Shown here in pieces: positions 46,921 to 60,200 of a stretch of DNA of 64,000 bases (its first letter is position 1; every line of letters begins with the position of its first letter). The position numbers were made by a program, and so were the translations under genes. The notes below the pieces were generated by a model that was given only the letters and a program-made list of their open reading frames with translations, searched no databases and was not told the DNA's origin. This stretch comes from the human T2T-CHM13v2.0 reference genome, Homo sapiens: NCBI RefSeq assembly GCF_009914755.1, contig NC_060931.1. The stretch is one strand, 5' to 3'.

Positions 46921-47629
46921 CACAAAACTCTCCAAGGAAGACTCCATGCAGTAGATGAGAGGATGGCTACACGTACACATGGATTGTGAAGCAGCTGACT
47001 GGCCATGTTGAAACTATAATAGACAACTGAAACTGGAATAGGCAAGGAAAAAGAAGCTGGAGTCAGTTTGACAGGATACAGCTAGCAGCTTTGTTTTCAA
47101 CTGTGCTCCAAATATTGTTGCAACTTCCACAACTTTTCCTTTCCACTGGACGTGCTTACTTTCACCTCCAAACCCATTAATATATCTTCATCCTTCACAG
47201 CCTAGTTCAGGCAGTCTGGCACCAGTGTGGACACAGTTGAAACAGAATGGAATGTGGAGCTTCAAAAACTGGAGTTCAAAAATCTGCCTTTGTAATTTAG
47301 TAGTTGTCTGAGCAACGTATATAACCTCTTTGAGCCTCAATTTTGTCATCAATAATAACAAAATGTTTTAAATGTATAAAGTGTTTAAAGTATTGCCATT
47401 ATCCAAGGAGAGTAATTCTGTTATTTACAGCAGAGGAAACTGAGGGGCAAGGGTTAAGTAAATAACCCATGATTATTTCTAAATTGTAGAAATGTGAAAA
47501 TGCTAGCACTTGCAGGATTTGAACTCGAGCAATATGGCAACTCATGTATTTAACCCCACATACCTTGCAGGATGGTGGGCTTGCTGAAAGGGATTATCAA
47601 GAAAAAAATAACAAAGAAGATACTCAGTC

Positions 47630-48385
47630 ATTGTTAGTTCTTGGCCACTCACACATTTTTGATTGCAAGTGACTGAGGAATCAACCCAAAATTACTTATG
47701 CCAAAAGAAAGTTTGTTGGCTTTTATAAATAAAAATTGGCCCTAGGCACTAGGGTCATGCTAGCTTCAGCTACTGCTCAATTTAGGTTCCAAGTTGCTAT
47801 CATGATCCCATCTCTTAGCCCTGCTTTATCTATTCCTTCTTTTTCATATTCCATGTGGTGAGCCATGGCAGCTTCAGTTCCACAGCAATACAACACCCAA
47901 TCCAGTAGAGGAGAGGAGTTCACTTTCCTGATGGGTGACCATGTGTTCTGGTTTAGCTGGAACAGTCACCCAGTCCAATAGAAAAGAGGAGTCTACTTCT
48001 ATAATAGGAGATACATCCAGAATTTCCCAAGACAGTCACCTAGTCCAAAGGAGGTGGACTGATGGACAGGATGACCATAGGTCTGGTTTTCCCAGGCACT
48101 GTTTATTCACATCTGTCATTGCAGCTTGATTATTAATTCTACCTCCATTCTCTCTCAGAAGTGTCCCAATTTATGGTAGATGTATATGGTCATTTTACTG
48201 ATAGTACAAAGAAAAATAGTCTCATTAATCTTTGCCTCAGATACAAAGTCTTCCTCTAAATCTTAAGTAGTATTTACTTAGAGGAGAGAGGGAGAATGTG
48301 TCCACCAAAGAATAATAGAGGGCCTGTTATCCCAAGAAGTGGGGTGGTGGTTCTGGATGGCCAAAACCACAAATGTAGATTACAG
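47630..48385. mobile_element. Old MLT1-type LTR interrupted by MER94
   Basis: gattgcaagtgactgagga...ttgttggct and gatggccaaaaccacaaatgt motifs flank the MER94. Confidence 0.4.
48067..48197. mobile_element. MER94 (hAT-Blackjack MITE)
   Basis: TIR-like caggatgaccata / tatggtcatttta; internal ttattaat...ctctcagaagtgtccc. Confidence 0.6.
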
Positions 48386-49309
48386 TTCCCCTTTTCTCTT
48401 CATACTGTTCGGTACTGTTTAGCTGTAGAAATGGTTTGGGAGTTGGAAAAACATGGGTTTGACTCTTGACTCTACTGCTGCGTGTAGCTCATTCACCTTA
48501 GTGGAAGCATCTTCCCTTTCTAAAGCCTCGGTTTTCTCATACATAGAGAAAGCTCATCATGTTTGCCTCAGTGAGTTATTATGAGGAGTGAATAGACTGA
48601 TAGACATGAAGGATTCAATAAATCAATAGCTACTGTTTTTCCATAGTGCCTGGAATACATCTTACCACACAATATGTGGTCAGTAAGTACCTGGTGACCG
48701 GTGACTAGGACAGGAAACAAACAAGAAAGGACCGTGAACCTCATAGTGGGTGCAGGGAGGCACGGGGTGAGTGTAGACAAGAGTTGCTGTCAGTGGTGGT
48801 GGGGCTTAGTGATCAAGGAAAGGAAAACACTTTGATGCTGAGTGAGGAGATTCATGATCCAACTGAAACATTGGGGAAACCACTGAGAAAACGTCCTTTT
48901 TAGAACTACTGGGGAAATTAGAAATTATTAAAATTTAAAACAGTAAAAATATTTACTAGACACCCACATTGGGGCATACAGATATGAATAATTAATGGAG
49001 CCTACTCCCAAGAATTTGGGAGGAAAAAACTCATAAATATACAGAATTATGTTCTACTTACAATTTATATATCATAGCTAGAGAATGATAAATGCCATAA
49101 TCTTAAACATAATAGTTCTTTGATTGGATGAAGAAAAGGTTGTAGGAAATACCCAACTGAAGTGCTATGAGAGGTTAAAGGAAGAAGAAATCCCGCCAAC
49201 AGGTAGAGCAGGAACAATTTGGGGAACTGGGGGGTTCTTAGAATCAGGTCATCAGTGTAGCTGGATTTACATGTAGGGAAGATCAGAAAGTATTGGAGGC
49301 CTTGGACAC

Positions 49310-49660
49310 TCCAGGTGCACTCTTACCCTTGTGCTTTTGTTTCCTTTGCCTAGGTTGCTCTCCCACAGGGGTCCATAAGACCTGATCCCTCACTTCCTTG
49401 AGTGTATTGCCAAATGCCACCTCTCAGTAAGGACCTCCCTTGCTCTCTGTGTAAAATTGTGACACCTACTACTGTGTTTTTGTTGTTAGTGATTGCAGCT
49501 CTCTAACCTGCCATATACTTCAACTGTTTATCTTGTTTATTCTCCATCTTGCTGCTAGAATGCCAGCTCCATGAGGGCAGGAATTTTTACCTGTTTTGTT
49601 CACTGCTGCATCTCCAATACGTAGAATATACCCAGCACATAGTAGGTGCTCATATTTTGT
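49310..49660 (+). mobile_element. L2 3' end
   Basis: ctagaatgccagctccatgagggcagg...ttgttcactgctgcatctcc...cagcacatagtaggtgctca. Confidence 0.75.
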
Positions 49661-50699
49661 AACAGGAAAAGAAGAAGGGAGTCTGACTGAGGGGAAGCAT
49701 GAACCAAGGTACAGATGGAATGTGGAACTGTGTGCAGCAGATACTGTGTTAGTGCAGGCAGACTGGAGTATGCATGTGTGTATGTGCATGCTTGTGCGGG
49801 GGTGAACACAGTAGAGGACATTTAAACAGGAAGCACATATTGGGGCCAGACCTTAGAGGACTTGAAGACTAGGCCAAGGAACTCAGCTTTTAGTCTGCAT
49901 GTCATAGAAACTATCAAATGTTTCCACCAGGAAATTGATATGAACAAGTTGTTTGAAGAGGATTGATCAGACAGTGTTGTTTGTAGCAAGAGTAGGCGTG
50001 GAAAGAGGTTAGAGGTAGGGAACAATGACCAGGTGCTGCATAAAAAGCCAAGGTGGCCTTAACCGAAAAAAAAAAAGGAGGTGGGAAATGGAGAGAATAA
50101 AGGGAGATGTGCAAAAGAAGGGTATACAAAGAGATAGAATTAACAATATTTGATCCTGTTAATAAAAGGAATGCTAGAAAACATGTACTAATATTAGTGG
50201 GATGACCTATATATGCAGTGATTGATGTGACAACAGCTCTAACATTAATAGTCAGAGATGATGACTCTTAGGTATGGAAGGTACCACTCTGTCCTTAGGA
50301 ACAATTTCCTTACAGCGAAAATAGTGCTTCTAAATGGTTTCTATTTATTTTACTCTTTTTTAAACTAGTTAACATAACACAATAACAATTCTAGTATGTG
50401 AAGACCTTGAGTGTCTGCCTTCCTTTGGGACAGATCTACAGTCACTCCTAAAAGTTAAATATCATGACATCTCTATCTCTGTGACTCTGATTTTCTTTTT
50501 CACAAGCAAGGTTCCCACCAAAAGAAACTGCAGATTTGCACATTGGGAAGACTTAATAGAGAAAGCAGAAGAATAGAGAATGGAATTGTCTAAAAGCGGA
50601 AGTAGATAGCAGAAGGGATTTGAGTCTGAAAAACAGAGGAGTCCCTCCTTATTTTCCAAGCAGCCAAGAATTGCATCTTCAATTGTTCTGAATTTTTTG

Positions 50700-50702
<3 letters not shown>

Positions 50703-50754
<52 letters not shown>
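50703..50754 (+). repeat. (TG)26 microsatellite
   Basis: Perfect dinucleotide run. Confidence 0.97.
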
Positions 50755-50757
<3 letters not shown>

Positions 50758-53537
50758 GCATGTGCATGCATATGTGGACAGCTACACATATAGGGCTGCC
50801 AAGGATGGCCATAAAGGCTGTGTCTTACACGCCTCAAGGAGGCTCTATTCACATAGGCCATAATGGCAATGCTGCTTTCTGGAGTTGTGCAATGGGATGG
50901 CCCTGCTTACGAGAATGTAGAGAAGAGAACTAACTTGAGAAGTGGCTGTGCTCTTTCAAAGTATCTCACCTTCCCACATCCCATAAAATCTGCAATTTGC
51001 CATTACAGGTTAATTTATTTGGATTATCATTATGTAGTCTATCAGTTTGAGTTAGTTCATCCAACTATTCTCTTCAGTGGCTAAAGGATCCATGACTTTC
51101 TGAGAAATCTTGGATAACAAGGGCCTGAAAGATCTAAGACTGAAGATAAGGAAGATGGTGGAGGGGTGGGTTCTGACAACAAACTTGGCCTATTTTACAC
51201 ACAATTGAGTCAAAGGCTGCTCTGCTCTGAGCAATACTGGAGAATTAAGTTAGGGTCAGATGGTAGTGGGTCTTAAATGCTGAGCTAATCTAGGAAATAG
51301 GGAGCCATTAAAGGTTTTTAGGAAGAAAAATGCATGGAAACACCGATCAGTCAAGCCTCCTTGTCTCCAAACATCAAACTGCTGAAGGTATCCACAGACT
51401 CCCACCTGAGTATCTCTGAGAAGGTCCTTGTTCTCTTCCTCATCTCTGTCCTTCCATGCAAGCTGACTGATCCACATCAACTCAATTCAATACATATTTA
51501 CTATGCATATATTACATATCAGTGCTCTTACAAGTTTCAGAAACAGCTGCTTAAACAGTACTATTCTCTGACTTCCCCTCTCATTTTGAATATTTTCTTT
51601 CATTTCCTCCCATTTGCAATGCCTTGGGTGACATTCCTTCAGGAAGTAAACTTTCCAAGTACTGTCATGTTAGAGCCTTAGGAGAGATCTGATGTGGCCT
51701 AGAGTGTTAACAGGAGCGCTCTGTACGATGAGAAATGTATGTTTTCTTTACTCTGGCCAGATGTTTCTAGACCAGAAAGTGAAGGTTTTTTCAATATTAG
51801 CATGTAGTATATTTAACAAAGTGCTTACTGAAAATCCCACAAAATATGTCTTTCCTGCATATTTTTAAAGCGTAGAGGCGCTCACCTTGGTTTGTGTAAG
51901 CATTCAGTGGTGCATGTTATACTTTATCTTGGCTGCTGTGATACATATTGGGAGGGTGGCTCTCTCTGGACTCCCGGCGAAGTTGGCAAGCTGTATCCAA
52001 AGTTGGTCCAAGGATAGGGTGGCTTGAGTGAGTTATGTGCGAGAGCCCTCACTGTCTGCTATACAAATACATGTCTAAATTCACAGTCTGATTCATCACA
52101 CCCGCTGGCAACTGCGCCGACCAAAGTCAGGTTCTCAACTGCTGCTTGGACTATGGCTATGGCCTACCTTCTTACTGTGCCCTGGCTTTAGTCTTGCCAC
52201 CCTCCTGCAGCCTCCACGTTGCTGCCATATCCTTAAACAAAATCAGAATTTGACTCTTGTGTTTTTTAAAACCTCCAGTTTCTCTGCAGGGTAGATTGAC
52301 AGCAGTGATTTTCATTGAGGGTCAAGCCATCCCCAGAGAGATATATCCGAATCTGCACAAAGGGTGTGCTGGGGAAGAGAGAAGTGTGGCTTTAAAAGCC
52401 ATATCTAGCATCAGCAGTGCCTTGGATTTCTTTTGAAATTGTTAATAATATTTATGGACTGAATGTGATTAATATTTATTTAAAGTGGGCTACTGATCTC
52501 TAGGAAGAAGTCCACACTTCTTGTTCTGCCATTCAAGGCCCTACGTGATGTAGTACCATTAGTAATTTCCAGAACAGTCTCCTGTTTTCATATTACCAGT
52601 CTCTGTACTTAACGTTGATAATATTAAGAAGAGTAGGTCTTTGAGGGACATTTACTCTGGTTGTAGAGATAGATGCAAAAAACTAATTTTACACGGTATG
52701 AGATGTGTTATTGTAGAGATATTTACAAGGTGGGTGGCAGAATAATGGAGGGGATTCACAAATCTGTTTCAGAGGAAGAGTTAAAGCTGCTGGAGCTGCA
52801 TCATAAAGGCTGTAAAGACAGAGGCAGATTCAAGACAGATGCTGGAGGTGGAATTGACAGGACTGAGACCCCCCTCTTACTAGTCCCTGATGGAAAAGGG
52901 GAATTGAGGGCAGTGCTCAGGTATCCAGCTGGGATTCCATATGAACAGTGGCACCATTAAGCAGGTCAGAGCTCTGCTGTGGACATGTCAGGTGTGAGGT
53001 GCCCCTGAGATGATCACGTTGTAATGTCCACTACAGAGTCTGGAACCTAGAAGGGATATCTTGGCTGGAGAAATCAACTTATAGGTGATAGTGGAAGATA
53101 CAGGTGTAAGAGCTAACCAGAGTGAGCATATAATATTAGAAAAGATAAAATGAGACAAAAGGCATTACGCAAAAAGATGAAACCAAAGCCAGAACTGCAA
53201 AGAATATCTTCCAATATATTTTTAAAAACTTTAATAGAACTTGAAGGGGTTAAGCCTTTTTCTATTAAAAATTTAAAAATATGTTATAAGAAGAATCACC
53301 ATCTGAATATCCATACATGGAATTATATAAAAGTGGCCAGGGCATTTGTTCTTAAGTTGAAAAGAACATATCCAAAAAAACAAACAAACAAAACAAAACA
53401 GAAAAACTCAGGTCTTTATATCTCTCCAAGTCTATTCTCCAATAATAGTATACTAGTAAGCTTGATTTAGAATTGCCTCTGTGTCCTTGCCAGTTTACAT
53501 CTTGGAAGCTTGTTTCTATTCATTTCATAAGCCACAA

Positions 53538-53686
53538 CGTATTTGATCATTTCTAACATTCACAATTTTCACATTAAAATTGATGATGTGTTATAGTTTA
53601 ATAGCAGTAATCGTCTTTCTCAGTGGTATATAAAATAATTGTGCATCTTGCAGTCATTGGCCCATTCAATTCAAAGTCAAAGTGGT
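53538..53686. mobile_element. MER104-like (TcMar-Tc2) MITE
   Basis: cgtatttgatcatttctaa...ttatagtttaat...cttctcagtggtatataaaataattgtgcatctt. Confidence 0.6.
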
Positions 53687-53989
53687 AATTGCTTTGTGCC
53701 TTCTGCTATGGGCAGCAGGAGGATGCCCTTTGGAGCTGAGAAGGATGGAGTGAAATGGTCCTGTCCACTCCCTGCCTTCACTCTCCACCCGAGCCAGCCT
53801 TAGCGGTCTTCCTGAGGTGGCAGATGGAGGAGCCACAGTCCTCTCATGAAATGTCAGGAGCAGAGCAACAAGGGCTCTGGCAGGAGCTCAGATCCTCTTA
53901 TCCCAAAGTTTTGCAAGCCCTAAGAGGGCTGAGGAAAGCAAGAACCCAGTGGACTCGTAAAACACAAACCCCTCTCTTCACAGAGGGTC

Positions 53990-54500
53990 GCCTTGTGTCG
54001 TTGAGGGTTCTGGTTGCATGCAGCAGGCATCATCTCTGGTGGGACTTACTGGAAGGAAATCTGGTGCTGACAACGCCTCTAGTGGGATTTATTGGAAGGA
54101 AATCTGGTACTCACAGAATCAACAGGAGGCAGAAGGAACAGGTTTGAAAAAGCGTGGGGACCGAGGGAGCTCTGGAACACTGGGCCTCTGGAACAATCTT
54201 GCCAGGATGTTGGGCGTCACTGCTGCTACTGCGTTTTCCTCCAAAATGAATCCTAACTTTTTTCTCAGCTCTGACTCCAAGGATCCAAAGACAAAGCCTG
54301 AGTTAGGAGCGACCAGTCTGACTCCCCAGATCCTGTCTGTGCCCTGGCCACCAGGAGATGAACAGCAGGAAACTCTTTCCCCCTGGGCTTCGAGAGAGGA
54401 AAGTAGGATCCAGCATATCACCAATCCGGATTGCTGCAAAGGGAATATGCCCCAGACAGAAAGGGGTTTTGCATTATACTGTATTGCCAAACACTGACAA
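53990..54500. mobile_element. Old MLT1-type (ERVL-MaLR) LTR
   Basis: gggttctggttgcatgcagcag...ggatttattggaagga...tactcacagaatc motifs. Confidence 0.45.
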
Positions 54501-55899
54501 ATGTTCCACTGCACTCCCCTTCAAATACCTCACATTTGTAAGGCTATCAAAACAAGTCAGCGAGCAGAGGACTGCTGCATACTAAAACTGTCTACGTCGG
54601 CTTCATTCAGAGCCATGGACTAGTGGAGGAAACGAACTCTTCTGGAGCTCAGGCAAAGGGTCGAGCCTCGTGCTGAGTGTGTTATCTGTGATTGCTGCAT
54701 AATATGTAGTTACTCATTCTTAGACCTCTGAAAATCTTAAGGGAGGAAGACAGTGGTTACCAAAGATTTTTCCAACCAGGAGGAATGAATGTGGCAACTG
54801 GAGACAGCAGAATATGGGTATTAAATAAAATAATGTATCTAAAAGATGCCATTGTTTAGAAATTAGCCCCTTGGATTGACAGGTAATTAACTTCTGCCAC
54901 TAGTTTAATTTCTTGTGTGGACCTGGATAAGGGAAGCCATACATGGGTGGTAATTTTATTCCCTCCAATCTCAAAGGAAACGTAACTGGGTATGAAGTAG
55001 TGGCACAACTCATATATCAGTAGTCTGTAGCAGGTCTACATAAATCCTTTTCTTTAAAGTTATTTAACTGTTTTGAAAATGGTTTCAACAGAAGTAATTC
55101 CAACTGCACCAGAAAGGAAACCAGAGTTTTAAAGAAAAATATACTCTCTTTGCTGAGCAAGGCAAACATATCAGTATGCAGAGAAACAAACCAGTCTCTT
55201 GTGTTTTATTTCCTTTGCAAATCCACCAAAACACTTACTTTATGTCTTTAAAAGGCTGATAGACAAAGAATTCTGTGACCACTAAAAATTAATACCTACA
55301 ACTGGTTTGTAGACACTTTAAAAGGGCAGGTACTATTTTTTAAATTTCTCTGTTTTTCACAGTTTCTCATTATGGGACTTTGTACATACTATAAACACAA
55401 TACATATTTGTTGTGAGTATTTTTTTAGACCGATCAAAAACATATTCTCTGGGGAAGCATTTTCCATTCAAGGAATTAGATAACCTGCTATTTCCTCACA
55501 TGCTTCTATGCATAAACCTAGACATTGTATCACAAACCTAGTCCTTTTTATAGCCAAGCCCTTCACAGAATAATATTTTTCCAATAAGCTCGTAGTGGCA
55601 TTTTTGGTCATGGTGTTTCTTTTTTGACTCTTCTGAGAATTAATGTTTAAAATAAACACCCTTATAGCTGTGAAAGATGAGAACTTGTTACTATTTAAGC
55701 TGACTAATTCAAAGTCATTTGGTAAAACTACTTTCAGTTTTAAGAACTAGAAGATTTAAGTGCTCAAACTAGATGGCTCTAATAAATGCACAATTATTAT
55801 CTATAGTCAGTATAACTAATTATCAGTGAATCCAGACCTTGATCCATTACTCCCCTCACGTCCATGGATTGAGAAGCAAGAATCTATTTGTTATTAGTC

Positions 55900-56235
55900 T
55901 TATTTCCTCCAAGGTCTTCACACAACTCACTCCCTTAACTCCATTAAGTTTTTGCTCACATGTCACCTCATTGTGGCCTTGGTGGACCTTTTCACTCTGT
56001 TTTAAATTGAGACTCTCCCACTCTTGACCAGAATGCCTAATCTCTCTTTCCTATTTTGTATTTTCCCCCATAGCATTTGTCTGACACAGTATATATTTTG
56101 TTTTTTTATTTGTTTTTGGTTTCTCTCCACTGGAATGGAAGCTCCATGAGCACAGAGATTATTTTGTCTGTCTTGTTCCCTGGTGTGTGCCCAGCACCTG
56201 GCACATAGTAAGTGCTCAGTCAATATTTGTTAGAC
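55900..56235 (+). mobile_element. L2 3' end
   Basis: cactggaatggaagctccatgagcacag...cagcacctggcacatagtaagtgctcagtcaatatttgtt. Confidence 0.78.
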
Positions 56236-56854
56236 TCTAAGGCAATGTTTGTTTTGAAGATTTATGCTTAAGTATGTTCCCAATGACCTTGATGGTTTAA
56301 AAAGCGATTTTGTATTGGTTATTTTACTTAGTTATTCTTACAACAACATGTTTTAAGGAAGGATTATTATCCCACTCCAGCAGATGAGAAATGGGGGCTC
56401 AGAGAGTTCCTATGAATTGGATAAAACCCAGGGGCCAGCAAGTGGTGGACTCCAGCCTGGAACAAGATCAAATACTTCCTTTAGGGTGCTGCTCTCACCT
56501 AAGCTGTGAATCTTTCTGGCTGGGGGAATTAACACTTCATATTAAGCATTGCCGGCCAGGTCTCAAAGCAGTGGATTCCAGAATGAAAATTAGAACAGAA
56601 TGTGGTTGTAGAATACCTGACAAATAAAATAATCCATTATGTACAGCTCTCAAGGGTGAGAAGCATACCTTCTCAGCTACAACTTGTATTTGTTCACCTC
56701 CTGAGTGTGGAAGAACAATCCATGTTGAGGCCATGCAAGTCCACCTCAAAAAGTCCCTGCAAAGCCTCCTTACCTTGCAATAGAACATTGCAGCTGCTTG
56801 TATTTCAGTCCTTTCTCCATGGCATTTCTATTTCACATCATGCTGTGGTTCAGG

Positions 56855-57055
56855 AGGCAGTTTGCATAGTGGTTAAAGATCACAGACCCCAAAACAGGCA
56901 GAGCCAGACAGAACTTGAAGCGGGATGTGGTTGCAGTTCCTTCGGGGGAAATTATTCTGTCTTCTCATCTGTAAAACTGGGCTAATGGTACTAAGTTCTG
57001 ATAAATAAATTAGATTATACAAGTGATGCACTCATCACTGCCTTAAGTGTTAGTG
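56855..57055 (+). mobile_element. MIR
   Basis: ggcagtttgcatagtggttaaga...gagccagac...ttctcatctgtaaaactgggctaatggtac. Confidence 0.65.
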
Positions 57056-57116
57056 AATATCTCCTGTATCCCTTCTACTAAATTGTAAGATTGTAGAAGG
57101 AAATGCACTTACTGGC

Positions 57117-57565
57117 TTTATTAGCTTTCAAGTTTTGCTATAACAAAATACCACAAACTGGCTGTTTAAACAACAGAAATGTAATGCCTCACAGTTCTGG
57201 AGGCTAGGATCTGAGATCAAGAAGTCTGTGGGCTTGGTTCCTTCTGAGGACTGTGAGGAAGAATCTGTTCTCCTAACTTCCGGTGGTTTTCTGGCACTCT
57301 TTGGTGTTCCTTGGCTTGTAAAAGCATCAGGCCGATCTTTGCCTTCATCTCCACATGGTGTTCTTCCTATGTTTGTGTGTCTGCATCCAATTTCCCCTTT
57401 TTATAATGGCACCAGTCATGTTGGATTAGGTGCCCTACTCCATTATAACCTCATTTGAACTAATTATATCTGCAGTGACCCTATTTTCAAATAAGGCCAC
57501 ATTCTGAGGTACTGGGGTTTATTACTTCAACATATGAATTTTGGGGACACAGTTCAACCCATAGT
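57117..57565 (-). mobile_element. MLT1C-like solo LTR (ERVL-MaLR)
   Basis: tgctataacaaaataccacaaactgg...ctcacagttctggaggctag...cacattctgaggtactgggg...ggggacacagttcaaccca. Confidence 0.85.
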
Positions 57566-59397
57566 TCTGGCCTTATCACCTTTGTTTTTTGTTGTATTTG
57601 CCCTGTACTTAATAAGTGGCAGGGCATGGCTGCTGAATCTGTTAAAGAAATGTCTCCAGAAGGTTCAGAAATAAAGCCACTTACCAACAGCTGAGAGGCC
57701 TTTTGAAAACTGCCTCTTCATCCAAGGATTACTGAAAGAGGAAACTTCTCTCTAGCTAGTTCTTCACTAGACTTTGTGTTTAGTCCTTGGGTCAGGAAGA
57801 TACATCATGTCGAGATGGATATTTTGATTAGGACTTTCCAAATGGAATTTTGTGTGTGTGTGTGAAGAGATAGCATTAATATGTTCACATACGGATAAGG
57901 ACATAGATATGCTATTTATAACTTAACTTTTAAAAGATTTATTTGTTTAAAAGTCTAGGTAACAGTGTTCTTTTCAAAATTTTAGGTGCGACTTTTCATC
58001 TCATAACTGTGACCTCAGGTTTGTGTGAATAATAAATGTCAGTTCTTTAAAATGTTTTACATCCTTTCTTATATATGTATAATGTGGTTATAAAGTAGTG
58101 AGCTTGGCTCCACAGTCTACCTGCATGCCTATAGAGTATGATATTTCAATTAAAATTCATGTTTTCAAAATTCTAATATCTAAATTGCAATGCTATATTT
58201 TACATATCTGTATTTTTAAAATTGATATTCCTACCACAAATCACTTGCTTAATATTAGTTAGAATTCTGTAAGTTGCTTACTTAGAATTTTGTAAGTTAC
58301 TTATTTATTTGAGCATTTAAGTGTGCATTTATAATGTATTCTAAGTGATTGGTGCTGAAATTTTGAGTTGATAAATCTCAGGATTTATTGTGATGGAAAC
58401 GGGACTATCTACAGAGCTTGAGATTTTATAGGTCTGTAAATATTTGTTGAATGAGCGAACATATGGGGTGGAGGAAGAAGCAAAGTCATTTCTTTTCAAC
58501 TCTCTTTGAACCAATGAAATCAATAACCTACATGGAGTACAATACCATATTTAAAGACTGAAAGCAAATTTTAATTTTTTATGTCGTTTTATTTTCTATA
58601 ATTTGGATTTTCTTGTGACACCTTGACACTCCCTTAAACCTTCTACACTGTGCCTGATGCTTTCAAACACTATATAATGGAAGGGGCCTCTAGGAAAGGC
58701 AAGTTGAGAGTAGAGGAAAAATGAGCATACATTTGCATAGGGCAGGAAGGGCACTGTAACATCTGGCAGGGGTAGCCAACTCAGTCGACTTGTTAGTCTC
58801 ATTAAATTCACATTAATGCATGAACTGCTCTGAATGTGTAAATACCATTTTGAGTTGTTTTCTCCCAGACCAATGGCATTGACTTTGGGGGCCCTTCCCT
58901 TGGTTGTTTACTTGCCAATGGCATTTGACCTGGGGTCAGACCTGTATTTAACCCTTTCCTGTAGGTCAAAAACAAATTAATTTGGTGAGAATTAAATTGG
59001 AAATGAGTCATCTGTACAACAGGTGTTCCCTGTGGGAAATGTGCTCCAGGTGGAAACATTTTAAAATCTGTTCCTGGGCCGTCTTCGAAGAAGCTTCAGA
59101 GGTCAGGGAGGCAATTCCAAGACATCCCACGTGGTGAGGGCCTGGAGCTGGATGTACAGGTGCCCATTCAGTATGGTTTTCTCAACAGCTTGGGGAACTT
59201 TTCAAAGAGGCCCCTTTTGGAGATAATTTATTCATAAATTCATGAACATTTATCTTGGGCATTCATTGTGGACTGATTTACTTAGATGTTGCCCTAAATG
59301 ATTGGAACTTTACCCTTTACCCCTACCTCCCACTATCAACCAAAGACTTTGATTTGGAGGAAAGAAAATATTGTATTTTTCTCTTTCTTTTTTCTAG

Positions 59398-59487
59398 AGG
59401 ATGAGGAAGATGAGGAAATGGTGGAATCTAAAGTTGGCCAGGACTCAGAACTGGAAAATCAGGACAAAAAACAGGAAGTGAAGGAAG
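59398..59487 (+). CDS. DYNC1I1: Internal coding exon (90 nt, phase 1/1) of cytoplasmic dynein 1 intermediate chain 1
   Basis: Polypyrimidine tract + ctag acceptor (AG 59396-97) and AAG|gtatga donor (59488). Translates (E)DEEDEEMVESKVGQDSELENQDKKQEVKE(A), matching my recollection of the DYNC1I1 segment between the LC8-binding KETQT motif and APPRELTEEEKQQ. Confidence 0.9.
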
Positions 59488-59974
59488 GTATGATATGGAA
59501 AATAAACTGAGTAATCATTTTATTGTTTTGTTTTGTTTGCCTTTACTAATATAAGAGACTATAGAGCTAAGTAAAAATTGAATTTGCATCCCCTATATGG
59601 AAGATTTTCTATGATTGTTCAATACATTACATTTAGCAACATAAACTGTAATCTCCAAAGCAAGAGTCATTTATTTCTTGACTGATAAAGGCAAATAAAG
59701 TGCAAAACGTCCACAATTTCAGTAACAATTTTAGTCACAATTCCAGAACACTTGTTACCAATTGCCATGTTATCTCATTCACAGAACCATATATTCCCAA
59801 TGATAACAGTAAAGCAAAGGACTAGATATAATTATTTTGTGAATAAATTCTAAAGTGTTTTCATGTGATCTACATAGAAACATTAATAGTGATCAACGCT
59901 AGTAACTCTGCTATTAAAATTTTTCTTCTGCAACTCTGCCTGTATAAGGAGGAACAACCTCTTACATGTTCTGG

Positions 59975-60200
59975 TGATAATAATAACTAACATTTATTAA
60001 GGGCTCACTATGCCCTTGGCTCTCTTCTAAGCACTCCACAGATATTACTCACTCCTTACAACATCATTTTGAAGCAGATACTGTTATTACCCCTATTTAT
60101 AGGCAGAGAACTAGGAAGAGAGAGGTCTAAAACTTTATCCAAGGATACATAATGTACAAGTACATGAGCCAAGATTTAGAGTTAAATCCAAAGTTTACAT
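59975..60200 (-). mobile_element. MIR
   Basis: ataataactaacatttattaagggctcactatgcc...tattacccctattt...tccaaggatacat. Confidence 0.7.

Noticed and set aside
50462-50933. ORFs with THTHTH/CVCVCV runs (also at 177-511, 16641 and 18664)
   Set aside because: Artefacts of CA/TG microsatellites.
51878-51892. Minus-strand donor AAG|GTGAGC suggesting an antisense lncRNA exon
   Set aside because: No matching acceptor or promoter evident; single motifs are expected by chance.
53755-54585. Overlapping 130-159-aa ORFs
   Set aside because: Lie in an old MLT1-like LTR; no recognisable domain or splice support.
59298-59510. 70-aa ORF as a standalone gene
   Set aside because: It is the DYNC1I1 exon plus intronic read-through.
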